Shown here: in pieces, positions 1 to 14,900 of the stretch
Layout of the letters: each line of letters opens with the position of its first letter
Position numbering within the stretch: position 1 is the first letter of the stretch
NCBI RefSeq assembly: GCF_009914755.1
Contig: NC_060939.1
Source: the human T2T-CHM13v2.0 reference genome, Homo sapiens
Reading direction: 5' to 3' (one strand)
DNA length: 64,000 nt
Program-made: the position numbers and the translations under genes
Notes under the pieces: model-generated
Database searches by the model: none
Told to the model about the DNA's origin: nothing
What the model saw: only the letters and a program-made list of their open reading frames with translations

Positions 1-1178
1 AAATCGAATCAATTACATTGCAATCCATTACTATTGAGTCCGTTTTATTCCAGTCCACTGCATTCTGGTCCATTCCATTTGATTCCATTCCATTCTATTC
101 CATTCCATACAGTTGCATTCCATTGGATTCCATGCTATATCTATAAATTCAATTCGAGACCATTGCTTTTGAGTCCATTCTATATGATTCCATTCCATTC
201 AAGTCCATTACATTTGGTTCAATTCCATTCCATTCCATTCCCTTCCATTCCATTCCATTTGATATCAATCCATTCGATTCCATTCCATTCGAGCACATTC
301 CATTCGAGTCCATTCCATTCGATGCCATTCCATTTGATTCTATTCCATTAGTCTCCATTCAATTCCATTAATCTCCATTCCATTCCATTCTACTCCAACT
401 GATTCCATTCCATTCTATTCCTTTCCATTCCATTTCATTCCATTCCATTCCATTTCATTCCATTCCATTCCATTCGTGTCCATTCCACTCCAGTCCATTC
501 CATTCGTGTCCATTCCATTCCAGTCCATTCCATTTGTGTCCACTGCATTCCATTCCACTCCATTCCATATTATTCCATTACACTCCATTCCATTCTATCT
601 CTTTCATTTCCATTCAATTCCATTCCATTTGATTCCATTCCACTCGGTTTCATTCCATTTGAGTCCACTCCATTCCATTCCATTGCATTCCATTCAGTTC
701 CATTCCATTCTGTTCCATTCCATTCCGTTCCATTACATTCCATTCCATTCGGTACCATTCCATATTGTTCCATTCGATTCCATTCGAATCCATTCCATTC
801 CAGTCCATTCCATTCGATTCCATTCCATTCATTTCAATTCCATTCCATTCCATTCCATTACATTCCACTTGATTCCTCTCCATTCCCTTCCACTGCATTC
901 TGTTCGATTCCATTCCATTGCATTGAATTCCATTCCATTGGATTGCATTCCATTCGATTCCATTCCATTCGAATCAATTACATAGCAATCCATTACATTC
1001 GAGTCTATTCTATTCCGTTCCATTCGATTTCGTTCCAATCCATTCGATTCCATTCCATTCGATTCCATTCCATACTATTGCATTCCATTCGATTACATTA
1101 TATTCGAATAAGTTCCATTCAAGACCATTTCTTTTGAGTCCATTCTATTTGAGTCCATTCCCTTTGATTCCATAACAT

Positions 1179-2972
1179 TTGAGTCCATTCAATTCCATTC
1201 CTTTCGTTTCCATTCCATTTGATGCCATTCCATTCAATTCTGTTCTACTCGACTCCAATACACTCAATTCCATTCCATCCGATTCCATTACATTCTTTTC
1301 ATTTCTCATCCATTTCAAGCCATTCCACTCCATTCCATTCCACTCGTTTCCTTTCCATTCGAGTCCATTCCTCTCCAGTCCATTCCGTTCAATCCATTCC
1401 ATTCCAGTCCATTCCATTCGAGTCCGTTCCATTCCAGTCCATTCCATTCGAGTCAATTCCATTCCATTCGATGTCTTTCCATAAAGATCCATTCCATTCT
1501 ATTCCTTTCGATTCCATTCCATTCTATTTCATTCCATTCGATTCCCTTCCATTGGACTCCTCTCCATTCGAGTGCATTCCATTCCTTTCCATTTCTTTCC
1601 GTTCTGTACGATTCCTACCGTTCGATTTCATTTTGTTCCAGTCCATTCCTTTCGCGTCCATTCCATTCCATTTCACTCCATTCGATTCCATTCCACTCGA
1701 TTCCACTTCGTTCCATTTCATTGCATTCCATTCTATTCAACTCTATTGCCTTCCATTCCATTCCATTCGATTACATTCCATGCGATTCCATTCGAAATCG
1801 AATCAATTACATTGCAATCCATTACTATTGAGTCCGTTTTATTCCAGTCCACTGCATTCTGGTCCATTCCATTTGATTCCATTCCATTCTATTCCATTCC
1901 ATACAGTTGCATTCCATTGGATTCCATGCTATATCTATAAATTCAATTCGAGACCATTGCTTTTGAGTCCATTCTGTATGATTCCATTCCATTCAAGTCC
2001 ATTACATTTGGTTCAATTCCATTCCATTCCATTCCCTTCCATTCCATTCCATTTGATATCAATCCATTCGATTCCATTCCATTCGAGCACATTCCATTCG
2101 AGTCCATTCCATTCGATGCCATTCCATTTCATTCTATTCCATTAGTCTCCATTCAATTCCATTAATCTCCATTCCATTCCATTCTACTCCAACTGATTGC
2201 ATTCCATTCTATTCCTTTCCATTCCATTTCATTCCATTCCATTCCATTTCATTCCATTCCATTCCATTCGTGTCCATTCCACTCCAGTCCATTCCATTCG
2301 TGTCCATTCCATTCCAGTCCATTCCATTTGTGTCCACTGCATTCCATTCCACTCCATTCCATATTATTCCATTACACTCCATTCCATTCTATTACTTTCA
2401 TTTCCATTCAATTCCATTCCATTTGATTCCATTCCACTCGGTTTCATTCCATTTGAGTCCACTCCATTCCATTCCATTGCATTCCATTCAGTTCCATTCC
2501 ATTCTGTTCCATTCCATTCCGTTCCATTACATTCCATTCCATTCGGTACCATTCCATATTGTTCCATTCGATTCCATTCGAATCCATTCCATTCCAGTCC
2601 ATTCCATTCGATTCCATTCCATTCATTTCAATTCCATTCCATTCCATTCCATTACATTCCACTTGATTCCTCTCCATTCCCTTCCACTGCATTCCGTTCG
2701 ATTCCATTCCATTGCATTGCATTCCATTCCATTGGATTGCATTCCATTCGATTCCATTCCATTCGAATCAATTACATAGCAATCCATTACATTCGAGTCT
2801 ATTCTATTCCGTTCCATTCGATTTCGTTCCAATCCATTCGATTCCATTCCATTCGATTCCATTCCATACTATTGCATTCCATTCGATTACATTATCTTCG
2901 AATAAGTTCCATTCAAGACCATTTCTTTTGAGTCCATTCTATTTGAGTCCATTCCCTTTGATTCCATAACAT
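1179..2972 (+). repeat. Representative 1794 bp repeat unit (subtype A)
   Basis: Landmark spacing 2973-1179=1794, repeated by the next unit (4767-2973=1794), with few substitutions between copies. Confidence 0.95.
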
Positions 2973-5900
2973 TTGAGTCCATTCAATTCCATTCCTTTCG
3001 TTTCCATTCCATTTGATGCCATTCCATTCAATTCTGTTCTACTCGACTCCAATACATTCAATTCCATTCCATCCGATTCCATTACATTCTTTTCATTTCT
3101 TATCCATTTCAAGCCATTCCACTCCATTCCATTCCACTCGTTTCCTTTCCATTCGAGTCCATTCCTCTCCAGTCCATTCCGTTCAATCCATTCCATTCCA
3201 GTCCATTCCATTCGAGTCCGTTCCATTCCAGTCCATTCCATTCGAGTCAATTCCATTCCATTCGATGTCTTTCCATAACGATCCATTCCATTCTATTCCT
3301 TTCGATTCCATTCCATTCTATTTCATTCCATTCGATTCCCTTCCATTGGACTCCTTTCCATTCGAGTGCATTCCATTCCGTTCCATTTCTTTCCGTTCTG
3401 TACGATTCCTACCGTTCGATTTCATTTTGTTCCAGTCCATTCCTTTCGCGTCCATTCCATTCCATTTCACTCCATTCGATTCCATTCCACTCGATTCCAC
3501 TTCGTTCCATTTCATTGCATTCCATTCTATTCAACTCTATTGCCTTCCATTCCATTCCATTCGATTACATTCCATGCGATTCCATTCGAAATCGAATCAA
3601 TTACATTGCAATCCATTACTATTGAGTCCGTTTTATTCCAGTCCACTGCATTCTGGTCCATTCCATTTGATTCCATTCCATTCTATTCCATTCCATACAG
3701 TTGCATTCCATTGGATTCCATGCTATATCTATAAATTCAATTCGAGACCATTGCTTTTGAGTCCATTCTATATGATTCCATTCCATTCAAATCCATTACA
3801 TTTGGTTCAATTCCATTCCATTCCATTCCCTTCCATTCCATTCCATTTGATATCAATCCATTCGATTCCATTCCATTCGAGCACATTCCATTCGAGTCCA
3901 TTCCATTCGATGCCATTCCATTTGATTCTATTCCATTAGTCTCCATTCAATTCCATTAATCTCCATTCCATTCCATTCTACTCCAACTGATTCCATTCCA
4001 TTCTATTCCTTTCCATTCCATTTCATTCCATTCCATTCCATTTCATTCCATTCCATTCCATTCGTGTCCATTCCACTCCAGTCCATTCCATTCGTGTCCA
4101 TTCCATTCCAGTCCATTCCATTTGTGTCCACTGCATTCCATTCCACTCCATTCCATATTATTCCATTACACTCCATTCCATTCTATCACTTTCATTTCCA
4201 TTCAATTCCATTCCATTTGATTCCATTCCACTCGGTTTCATTCCATTTGAGTCCACTCCATTCCATTCCATTGCATTCCATTCAGTTCCATTCCATTCTG
4301 TTCCATTCCATTCCGTTCCATTACATTCCATTCCATTCGGTACCATTCCATATTGTTCCATTCGATTCCATTCGAATCCATTCCATTCCAGTCCATTCCA
4401 TTCGATTCCATTCCATTCATTTCAATTCCATTCCATTCCATTCCATTACATTCCACTTGATTCCTCTCCATTCCCTTCCACTGCATTCCGTTCGATTCCA
4501 TTCCATTGCATTGCATTCCATTCCATTGGATTGCATTCCATTCGATTCCATTCCATTCGAATCAATTACATAGCAATCCATTACATTCGAGTCTATTCTC
4601 TTCCGTTCCATTCGATTTCGTTCCAATCCATTCGATTCCATTCCATTCGATTCCATTCCATACTATTGCATTCCATTCTATTACATTATATTCGAATAAG
4701 TTCCATTCAAGACCATTTCTTTTGAGTCCATTCTATTTGAGTCCATTCCCTTTGATTCCATAACATTTGAGTCCATTCAATTCCATTCCTTTCGTTTCCA
4801 TTCCATTTGATGACATTCCATTCAATTCTGTTCTACTCGACTCCAATACACTCAATTCCATTCCATCCGATTCCATTACATTCTTTTCATTTCTTATCCA
4901 TTTCAAGCCATTCCACTCCATTCCATTCCACTCGTTTCCTTTCCATTCGAGTCCATTCCTCTCCAGTCCATTCCGTTCAATCCATTCCATTCCAGTCCAT
5001 TCCATTCGAGTCCGTTCCATTCCAGTCCATTCCATTCGAGTCAATTCCATCCCATTCGATGTCTTTCCATAACGATCCATTCCATTCTATTCCTTTCGAT
5101 TCCATTCCATTCTATTTCATTCCATTCGATTCCCTTCCATTGGACTACTTTCCATTCGAGTGCATTCCATTCCTTTCCATTTCTTTCCGTTCTGTACGAT
5201 TCCTACCGTTCGATTTCATTTTGTTCCAGTCCATTCCTTTCGCGTCCATTCCATTCCATTTCACTCCATTCGATTCCATTCCACTCGATTCCACTTCGTT
5301 CCATTTCATTGCATTCCATTCTATTCAACTCTATTGCCTTCCATTCCATTCCATTCGATTACATTCCATGCGATTCCATTCGAAATCGAATCAATTACAT
5401 TGCAATCCATTACTATTGAGTCCGTTTTATTCCAGTCCACTGCATTCTGGTCCATTCCATTTGATTCCATTCCATTCTATTCCATTCCATACAGTTGCAT
5501 TGCATTGGATTCCATGCTATATCTATAAATTCAATTCGAGACCATTGCTTTTGAGTCCATTCTATATGATTCCATTCCATTCAAGTCCATTACATTTGGT
5601 TCAATTCCATTCCATTCCATTCCCTTCCATTCCATTCCATTTGATATCAATCCATTCGATTCCATTCCATTCGAGCACATTCCATTCGAGTCCATTCCAT
5701 TCGATGCCATTCCATTTGATTCTATTCCATTAGTCTCCATTCAATTCCATTAATCTCCATTCCATTCCATTCTACTCCAACTGATTCCATTCCATTCTAT
5801 TCCTTTCCATTCCATTTCATTCCATTCCATTCCATTTCATTCCATTCCATTCCATTCGCTTCCATTCCATTCGTGTCCATTCCACTCCAGTCCATTCCAT

Positions 5901-8900
5901 TCGTGTCCATTCCATTCCAGTCCATTCCATTTGTGTCCACTGCATTCCATTCCACTCCATTCCATATTATTCCATTACACTCCATTCCATTCTATTACTT
6001 TCATTTCCATTCAATTCCATTCCATTTGATTCCATTCCACTCGGTTTCATTCCATTTGAGTCCACTCCATTCCATTCCATTCCATTCAGTTCCATTCCAT
6101 TCTGTTCCATTCCATTCCGTTCCATTCCATTCCATTCCATGCGGTACCATTCCATATTGTTCCATTCGATTCCATTCGAATCCATTCCATTCCAGTCCAT
6201 TCCATTCGATACCATTCCATTCATTTCAATTCCATTCCATTCCTTTACATTACATTCCACTTGATTCCTCTCCATTCCCTTCCACTGCATTCCGTTCGAT
6301 TCCATTCCATTGCATTGCATTCCATTCCATTGGATTGCATTCCATTCGATTCCATTCCATTCGAATCAATTACATAGCAATCCATTACATTCGAGTCTAT
6401 TCTATTCCGTTCCATTCGATTTCGTTCCAATCCATTCGATTCCATTCCATTCGATTCCATTCCATACTATTGCATTCCATTCGATTACATTATATTCGAA
6501 TAAGTTCCATTCAAGACCATTTCTTTTGAGTCCATTCTATTTGAGTCCATTCCCTTTGATTCCATAACATTTGAGTCCATTCAATTCCATTCCTTTCGTT
6601 TCCATTCCATTTGATGCCATTCCATTCAATTCTGTTCTACTCGACTCCAATACATTCAATTCCATTCCATCCGATTCCATTACATTCTTTTCATTTCTTA
6701 TCCATTTCAAGCCATTCCACTCCATTCCATTCCACTCGTTTCCTTTCCATTCGAGTCCATTCCTCTCCAGTCCATTCCGTTCAATCCATTCCATTCCAGT
6801 CCATTCCATTCGAGTCCGTTCCATTCCAGTCCATTCCATTCGAGTCAATTCCATTCCATTCGATGTCTTTCCATAACGATCCATTCCATTCTATTCCTTT
6901 CGATTCCATTCCATTCTATTTCATTCCATTCGATTCCCTTCCATTGGACTCCTTTCCATTCGAGTGCATTCCATTCCTTTCCATTTCTTTCCGTTCTGTA
7001 CGATTCCTACCGTTCGATTTCATTTTGTTCCAGTCCATTCCTTTCGCGTCCATTCCATTCCATTTCACTCCATTCGATTCCATTCCACTCGATTCCACTT
7101 CGTTCCATTTCATTGCATTCCATTCTATTCAACTCTATTGCCTTCCATTCCATTCCATTCGATTACATTCCATGCGATTCCATTCGAAATCGAATCAATT
7201 ACATTGCAATCCATTACTATTGAGTCCGTTTTATTCCAGTCCACTGCATTCTGTTCCATTCCATTTGATTCCATTCCATTCTATTCCATTCCATACAGTT
7301 GCATTCCATTGGATTCCATGCTATATCTATAAATTCAATTCGAGACCATTGCTTTTGAGTCCATTCTATATGATTCCATTCCATTCAAGTCCATTACATT
7401 TGGTTCAATTCCATTCCATTCCATTCCCTTCCATTCCATTCCATTTGATATCAATCCATTCGATTCCATTCCATTCGAGCACATTCCATTCGAGTCCATT
7501 CCATTCGATGCCATTCCATTTGATTCTATTCCATTAGTCTCCATTCAATTCCATTAATCTCCATTCCATTCCATTCTACTCCAACTGATTCCATTCCATT
7601 CTATTCCTTTCCATTCCATTTCATTCCATTCCATTCCATTTCATTCCATTCCATTCCATTCGCTTCCATTCCATTCGTGTCCATTCCACTCCAGTCCATT
7701 CCATTCGTGTCCATTCCATTCCAGTCCATTCCATTTGTGTCCACTGCATTCCATTCCACTCCATTCCATATTATTCCATTACACTCCATTCCATTCTATT
7801 ACTTTCATTTCCATTCAATTCCATTCCATTTGATTCCATTCCACTCGGTTTCATTCCATTTGAGTCCACTCCATTCCATTCCATTCCATTCAGTTCCATT
7901 CCATTCTGTTCCATTCCATTCCGTTCCGTTACATTCCATTCCATTCGGTACCATTCCATATTGTTCCATTCGATTCCATTCGAATCCATTCCATTCCAGT
8001 CCATTCCATTCGATTCCATTCCATTCATTTCAATTCCATTCCATTCCATTCCATTACATTCCACTTGATTCCTCTCCATTCCCTTCCACTGCATTCCGTT
8101 CGATTCCATTCCATTGCATTGCATTCCATTCCATTGGATTGCATTCCATTCGATTCCATTCCATTCGAATTAATTACATAGCAATCCATTACATTCGAGT
8201 CTATTCTCTTCCGTTCCATTCGATTTCGTTCCAATCCATTCGATTCCATTCCATTCGATTCCATTCCATACTATTGCATTCCATTCGATTACATTATATT
8301 CGAATAAGTTCCATTCAAGACCATTTCTTTTGAGTCCATTCTATTTGAGTCCATTCCCTTTGATTCCATAACATTTGAGTCCATTCAATTCCATTCCTTT
8401 CGTTTCCATTCCATTTGATGCCATTCCATTCAATTCTGTTCTACTCGACTCCAATACATTCAATTCCATTCCATCCGATTCCATTACATTCTTTTCATTT
8501 CTTATCCATTTCAAGCCATTCCACTCCATTCCATTCCACTCGTTTCCTTTCCATTCGAGTCCATTCCTCTCCAGTCCATTCCGTTCAATCCATTCCATTC
8601 CAGTCCATTCCATTCGAGTCCGTTCCATTCCAGTCCATTCCATTCGAGTCAATTCCATTCCATTCGATGTCTTTCCATAACGATCCATTCCATTCTATTC
8701 CTTTCGATTCCATTCCATTCTATTTCATTCCATTCGATTCCCTTCCATTGGACTCCTTTCCATTCGAGTGCATTCCATTCCGTTCCATTTCTTTCCGTTC
8801 TGTACGATTCCTACCGTTCGATTTCATTTTGTTCCAGTCCATTCCTTTCGCGTCCATTCCATTCCATTTCACTCCATTCGATTCCATTCCACTCGATTCC

Positions 8901-11900
8901 ACTTCGTTCCATTTCATTGCATTCCATTCTATTCAACTCTATTGCCTTCCATTCCATTCCATTCGATTACATTCCATGCGATTCCATTCGAAATCGAATC
9001 AATTACATTGCAATCCTTTACTATTGAGTCCGTTTTATTCCAGTCCACTGCATTCTGGTCCATTCCATTTGATTCCATTCCATTCTATTCCATTCCATAC
9101 AGTTGCATTCCATTGGATTCCATGCTATATCTATAAATTCAATTCGAGACCATTGCTTTTGAGTCCATTCTATATGATTCCATTCCATTCAAGTCCATTA
9201 CATTTGGTTCAATTCCATTCCATTCCATTCCCTTCCATTCCATTCCATTTGATATCAATCCATTCGATTCCATTCCATTCGAGCACATTCCATTCGAGTC
9301 CATTCCATTCGATGCCATTCCATTTGATTCTATTCCATTAGTCTCCATTCAATTCCATTAATCTCCATTCCATTCCATTCTACTCCAACTGATTCCATTC
9401 CATTCTATTCCTTTCCATTCCATTTCATTCCATTCCATTCCATTTCATTCCATTCCATTCCATTCGTGTCCATTCCATTCCAGTCCATTCCATTTGTGTC
9501 CACTGCATTCCATTCCACTCCATTCCATATTATTCCATTACACTCCATTCCATTCTATTACTTTCATTTCCATTCAATTCCATTCCATTTGATTCCATTC
9601 CACTCGGTTTCATTCCATTTGAGTCCACTCCATTCCATTCCATTCCATTCCATTCAGTTCCATTCCATTCTGTTCCATTCCATTCCGTTCCATTACATTC
9701 CATTCCATTCGGTACCATTCCATATTGTTCCATTCGATTCCATTGGAATCCATTCCATTCCAGTCCATTCCATTCGATTCCATTCCATTCATTTCAATTC
9801 CATTCCATTCCATTCCATTCCATTCCACTTGATTCCTCTCCATTCCCTTCCACTGCATTCCGTTCGATTCCATTCCATTGCATTGCATTCCATTCCATTG
9901 GATTGCATTCCATTCGATTCCATTCCATTCGAATCAATTACATAGCAATCCATTACATTCGAGTCTATTCTATTCCGTTCCATTCGATTTCGTTCCAATC
10001 CATTCGATTCCATTCCATTCGATTCCATTCCATACTATTACATTCCATTCGATAACATTATATTCGAATAAGTTCCATTCAAGACCATTTCTTTTGAGTC
10101 CATTCTATTTGAGTCCATTCCCTTTGATTCCATAACATTTGAGTCCATTCAATTCCATTCCTTTCGTTTCCATTCCATTTGATGCCATTCCATTCAATTC
10201 TGTTCTACTCGACTCCAATACATTCAATTCCATTCCATCCGATTCCATTACATTCTTTTCATTTCTTATCCATTTCAAGCCATTCCACTCCATTCCATTC
10301 CACTCGTTTCCTTTCCATTCGAGTCCATTCCTCTCCAGTCCATTCCGTTCAATCCATTCCATTCCAGTCCATTCCATTCGAGTCCGTTCCATTCCAGTCC
10401 ATTCCATTCGAGTCAATTCCAACCCATTCGATGTCTTTCCACAACGATCCATTCCATTCTATTCCTTTCGATTCCATTCCATTCTATTTCATTCCATTCG
10501 ATTCCCTTCCATTGGACTCCTTTCCATTCGAGTGCATTCCATTCCGTTCCATTTCTTTCCGTTCTGTACGATTCCTACCGTTCGATTTCATTTTGTTCCA
10601 GTCCATTCCTTTCCCGTCCATTCCATTCCATTTCACTCCATTCGATTCCATTCCACTCGATTCCACTTCGTTCCATTTCATTGCATTCCATTCTATTCAA
10701 CTCTATTGCCTTCCATTCCATTCCATTCGATTACATTCCATGCGATTCCATTCGAAATCGAATCAGTTACATTGCAATCCATTATTATTGAGTCCATTTT
10801 ATTCCAGTCCACTGCATTCTGGTCCATTCCATTTGATTCCATTCCATTCTATTCCATTCCATACAGTTGCAATCCATTCAACTCCATTGTATATCTATAA
10901 ATTCAATTCGAGACCATTGCTTTTGAGTCCATTCTATATGATTCCATTCCATTCAAGTCCATTACATTTGGTTCAATTCCATTATATTCCATTCCCTTCC
11001 ATTCCATTCCAGTTGATATCAATCCATTCGATTCCATTCCATTCGAGCACATTCCATTCGAGTCCATTCCATTCGATGCCATTCCATTTGATTCTATTCC
11101 ATTAGTCTCCATTCAATTCCATTAATCTCCATTCCATTCCATTCTACTCCTACTGATTCCATTCCATTCTATTCCTTTCCATTCCGTTTCATTCCATTCC
11201 ATTCCATTTCATTCCATTCCATTCCATTCCATTCCATTCGCTTCCATTCCATTCGTGTCCATTGCATTCCAGTCCATTCCATTTGTGTCCACTGCATTCC
11301 ATTCCTCTCCATTCCATATTATTCCATTACACTCCATTCCATTCTATTACTTTCATTTCCATTCAATTCCATTCCATTTGATTCCATTCCACTCGGTTTC
11401 ATTCCATTTGAGTCCACTCCATTCCATTCCATTCCATTCCATTCAGTTCCATTCCATTCTGTTCCATTCCATTCCGTTCCATTGCATTCCATTCCATTCG
11501 GTACCATTCCATATTGTTCCATTCGATTCCATTCGAATCCATTCCATTCCAGTCCATTCCATTCGATTCCATTCCATTCCTTTCAATTCCATTCCATTCC
11601 ATTCCATTCCACTTGATTCCACTCCATTCCATTCCACTGCATTCCATTGCATTGCATTCCATTCCTTTGGACTGCATTCCATTCGATTCCATTCCATTCG
11701 AATCAATTACATAGCAATCCATTACATTCGAGTCTATTCTATTCCGTTCCATTCGATTTCGTTCCAATCCATTCGATTCCATTCCATTCGATTCCATTCC
11801 ATACTATTGCATTCCATTCTATTACATTATATTCGAATAAGTTCCATTCAAGACCATTTCTTTTGAGTCCATTCTATTTGAGTCCATTCCCTTTGATTCC

Positions 11901-14900
11901 ATAACATTTGAGTCCATTCAATTCCATTCCTTTCGTTTCCATTCCATTTGATGCCATTCCATTCAATTCTGTTCTACTCGACTCCAATACATTCAATTCC
12001 ATTCCATCCGATTCCAATACATTCTTTTCATTTCTTATCCATTTCAAGCCATTCCACTCCATTCCATTCCACTCGTTTCCTTTCCATTCGAGTCCATTCC
12101 TCTCCAGTCCATTCCGTTCAATCCATTCCATTCCAGTCCATTCCATTCGAGTCCGTTCCATTCCAGTCCATTCCATTCGAGTCAATTCCATTTCATTCGA
12201 TGTCTTTCCATAACGATCCACTCCATTCTATTCCTTTCGATTCCATTCCATTCTATTTCATTCCATTCGATTCCCTTCCATTGGACTCCTTTCCATTCGA
12301 GTGCATTCCATTCCGTTCCATTTCTTTCCGTTCTGTACGATTCCTACCGTTCGATTTCATTTTGTTCCAGTCCATTCTTTCGCGTCCATTCCATTCCATT
12401 TCACTCCATTCGATTCCATTCCACTCGATTCCACTTCGTTCCATTTCATTGCATTCCATTCTATTCAACTCTATTGCCTTCCATTCCATTCCATTCGATT
12501 ACATTCCATGCGATTCCATTCGAAATCGAATCAATTACATTGCAATCCATTACTATTGAGTCCGTTTTATTCCAGTCCACTGCATTCTGGTCCATTCCAT
12601 TTGATTCCATTCCATTCTATTCCATTCCATACAGTTGCATTCCATTGGATTCCATGCTTTATCTATAAATTCAATTCGAGACCATTGCTTTTGAGTCCAT
12701 TCTATATGATTCCATTCCATTCAAGTCCATTACATTTGGTTCAATTCCATTCCATTCGGTTCAATTCCATTCCATTCCATTCCCTTCCATTCCATTCCAG
12801 TTGATATCAATCCATTCAATTCCATTCCATTCGAGCACATTCCATTCGAGTCCATTCCATTCGATGCCATTCCATTTGATTCTATTCCATTAGTCTCCAT
12901 TCAATTCCATTAATCTCCATTCCATTCCATTCTACTCCAACTGATTCCATTCCATTCTATTCCTTTCCATTCCATTTCATTCCATTCCATTCCATTTCAT
13001 TCCATTCCATTCCATTAGTGTCCATTCCACTCCAGTCCATTCCATTCGTATCCATTCCATTCCAGTCCATTCCATTTGTGTCCACTGCATTCCATTCCAC
13101 TCCATTCCATATTATTCCATTACACTCCATTCCATTCTATTACTTTCATTTCCATTCAATTCCATTCCATTTGATTCCATTCCACTCGGTTTCATTCCAT
13201 TTGAGTCCACTCCATTCCATTCCATTCCATTCAGTTCCATTCCATTCTGTTCCATTCCATTCCGTTCCATTACATTCCATTCCATTCGGTGCCATTCCAT
13301 ATTGTTCCATTCGATTCCATTTGAATCTATTCCATTCCAGTCCATTCCATTCGATTCCATTCCATTCATTTCAATTCCATTCCATTCCATTCCATTACAT
13401 TCCACTTGATTCCTCTCCATTCCCTTCCACTGCATTCCGTTCGATTCCATTCCATTGCATTGCATTCCATTCCATTGGATTGCATTCCATTCGATTCCAT
13501 TCCATTCGAATCAATTACATACCAATCCATTACATTCGAGTCTATTCTCTTCCGTTCCATTCGATTTCGTTCCAATCCATTCGATTCCATTCCATTCGAT
13601 TCCATTTCATACTATTGCATTCCATTCGATTACATTATATTCGAATAAGTTCCATTCAAGACCATTTCTTTTGAGTCCATTCTATTTGAGTCCATTCCCT
13701 TTGATTCCATAACATTTGAGTCCATTCAATTCCATTCCTTTCGTTTCCATTCCATTTGATGCCATTCCATTCAATTCTGTTCTACTCGACTCCAATACAT
13801 TCAATTCCATTCCATCCGATTCCATTACATTCTTTTCATTTCTTATCCATTTCAAGCCATTCCACTCCATTCCATTCCACTCGTTTCCTTTCCATTCGAG
13901 TCCATTCCTCTCCAGTCCATTCCGTTCAATCCATTCCATTCCAGTCCATTCCATTCGAGTCCGTTCCATTCCAGTCCATTCCATTCGAGTCAATTCCATT
14001 CCATTCGATGTCTTTCCATAACGATCCATTCCATTCTATTCCTTTCGATTCCATTCCATTCTATTTCATTCCATTCGATTCCCTTCCATTGGACTCCTTT
14101 CCATTCGAGTGCATTCCATTCCGTTCCATTTCTTTCCGTTCTGTACGATTCCTACCGTTCGATTTCATTTTGTTCCAGTCCATTCCTTTCGCGTCCATTC
14201 CATTCCATTTCACTCCATTCGATTCCATTCCACTCGATTCCACTTCGTTCCATTTCATTGCATTCCATTCTATTCAACTCTATTGCCTTCCATTCCATTC
14301 CATTCGATTACATTCCATGCGATTCCATTCGAAATCGAATCAATTACATTGCAAACCATTACTATTGAGTCCGTTTTATTCCAGTCCACTGCATTCTGGT
14401 CCATTCCATTTGATTCCATTCCATTCTATTCCATTCCATACAGTTGCATTCCATTGGATTCCATGCTATATCTATAAATTCAATTCGAGACCATTGCTTT
14501 TGAGTCCATTCTATATGATTCCATTCCATTCAAGTCCATTACATTTGGTTCAATTCCATTCCATTCGGTTCAATTCCATTCCATTCCATTCCCTTCCATT
14601 CCATTCCAGTTGATATCAATCCATTCGATTCCATTCCATTCGAGCACATTCCATTCGATGCCATTCCATTTGATTCTATTCCATTAGTCTCCATTCAATT
14701 CCATTAATCTCCATTCCATTCCATTCTACTCCAACTGATTCCATTCCATTCTATTCCATTCCATTCCATTTCATTCCATTCCATTCCATTTCATTCTATT
14801 CCATTCCATTCGTGTCCATTCCACTGCAGTCCATTCCATTCGTGTCCATTCCATTCCAGTCCATTCGATTTGTGTCCACTGCATTCAATTCCACTCCATT

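Noticed and set aside
136-150. TATAAA (TATA-box-like) once per unit
   Set aside because: A six-base match in AT-rich satellite with no other promoter evidence.
641-656. CACTCGGTTTCATTCC resembling the classical SatIII ACTCGGGTTG interspersed motif
   Set aside because: Only a diverged match, about once per unit. It is consistent with HSat3 ancestry but is not a separate feature.
1145-1492. 115 aa minus-strand ORF and overlapping 101 aa plus-strand ORF conserved in nearly every unit
   Set aside because: Conservation follows from overall unit identity. Both strands are equally conserved, the peptides are low complexity, and the minus ORF is truncated in some units (20861, 51246).
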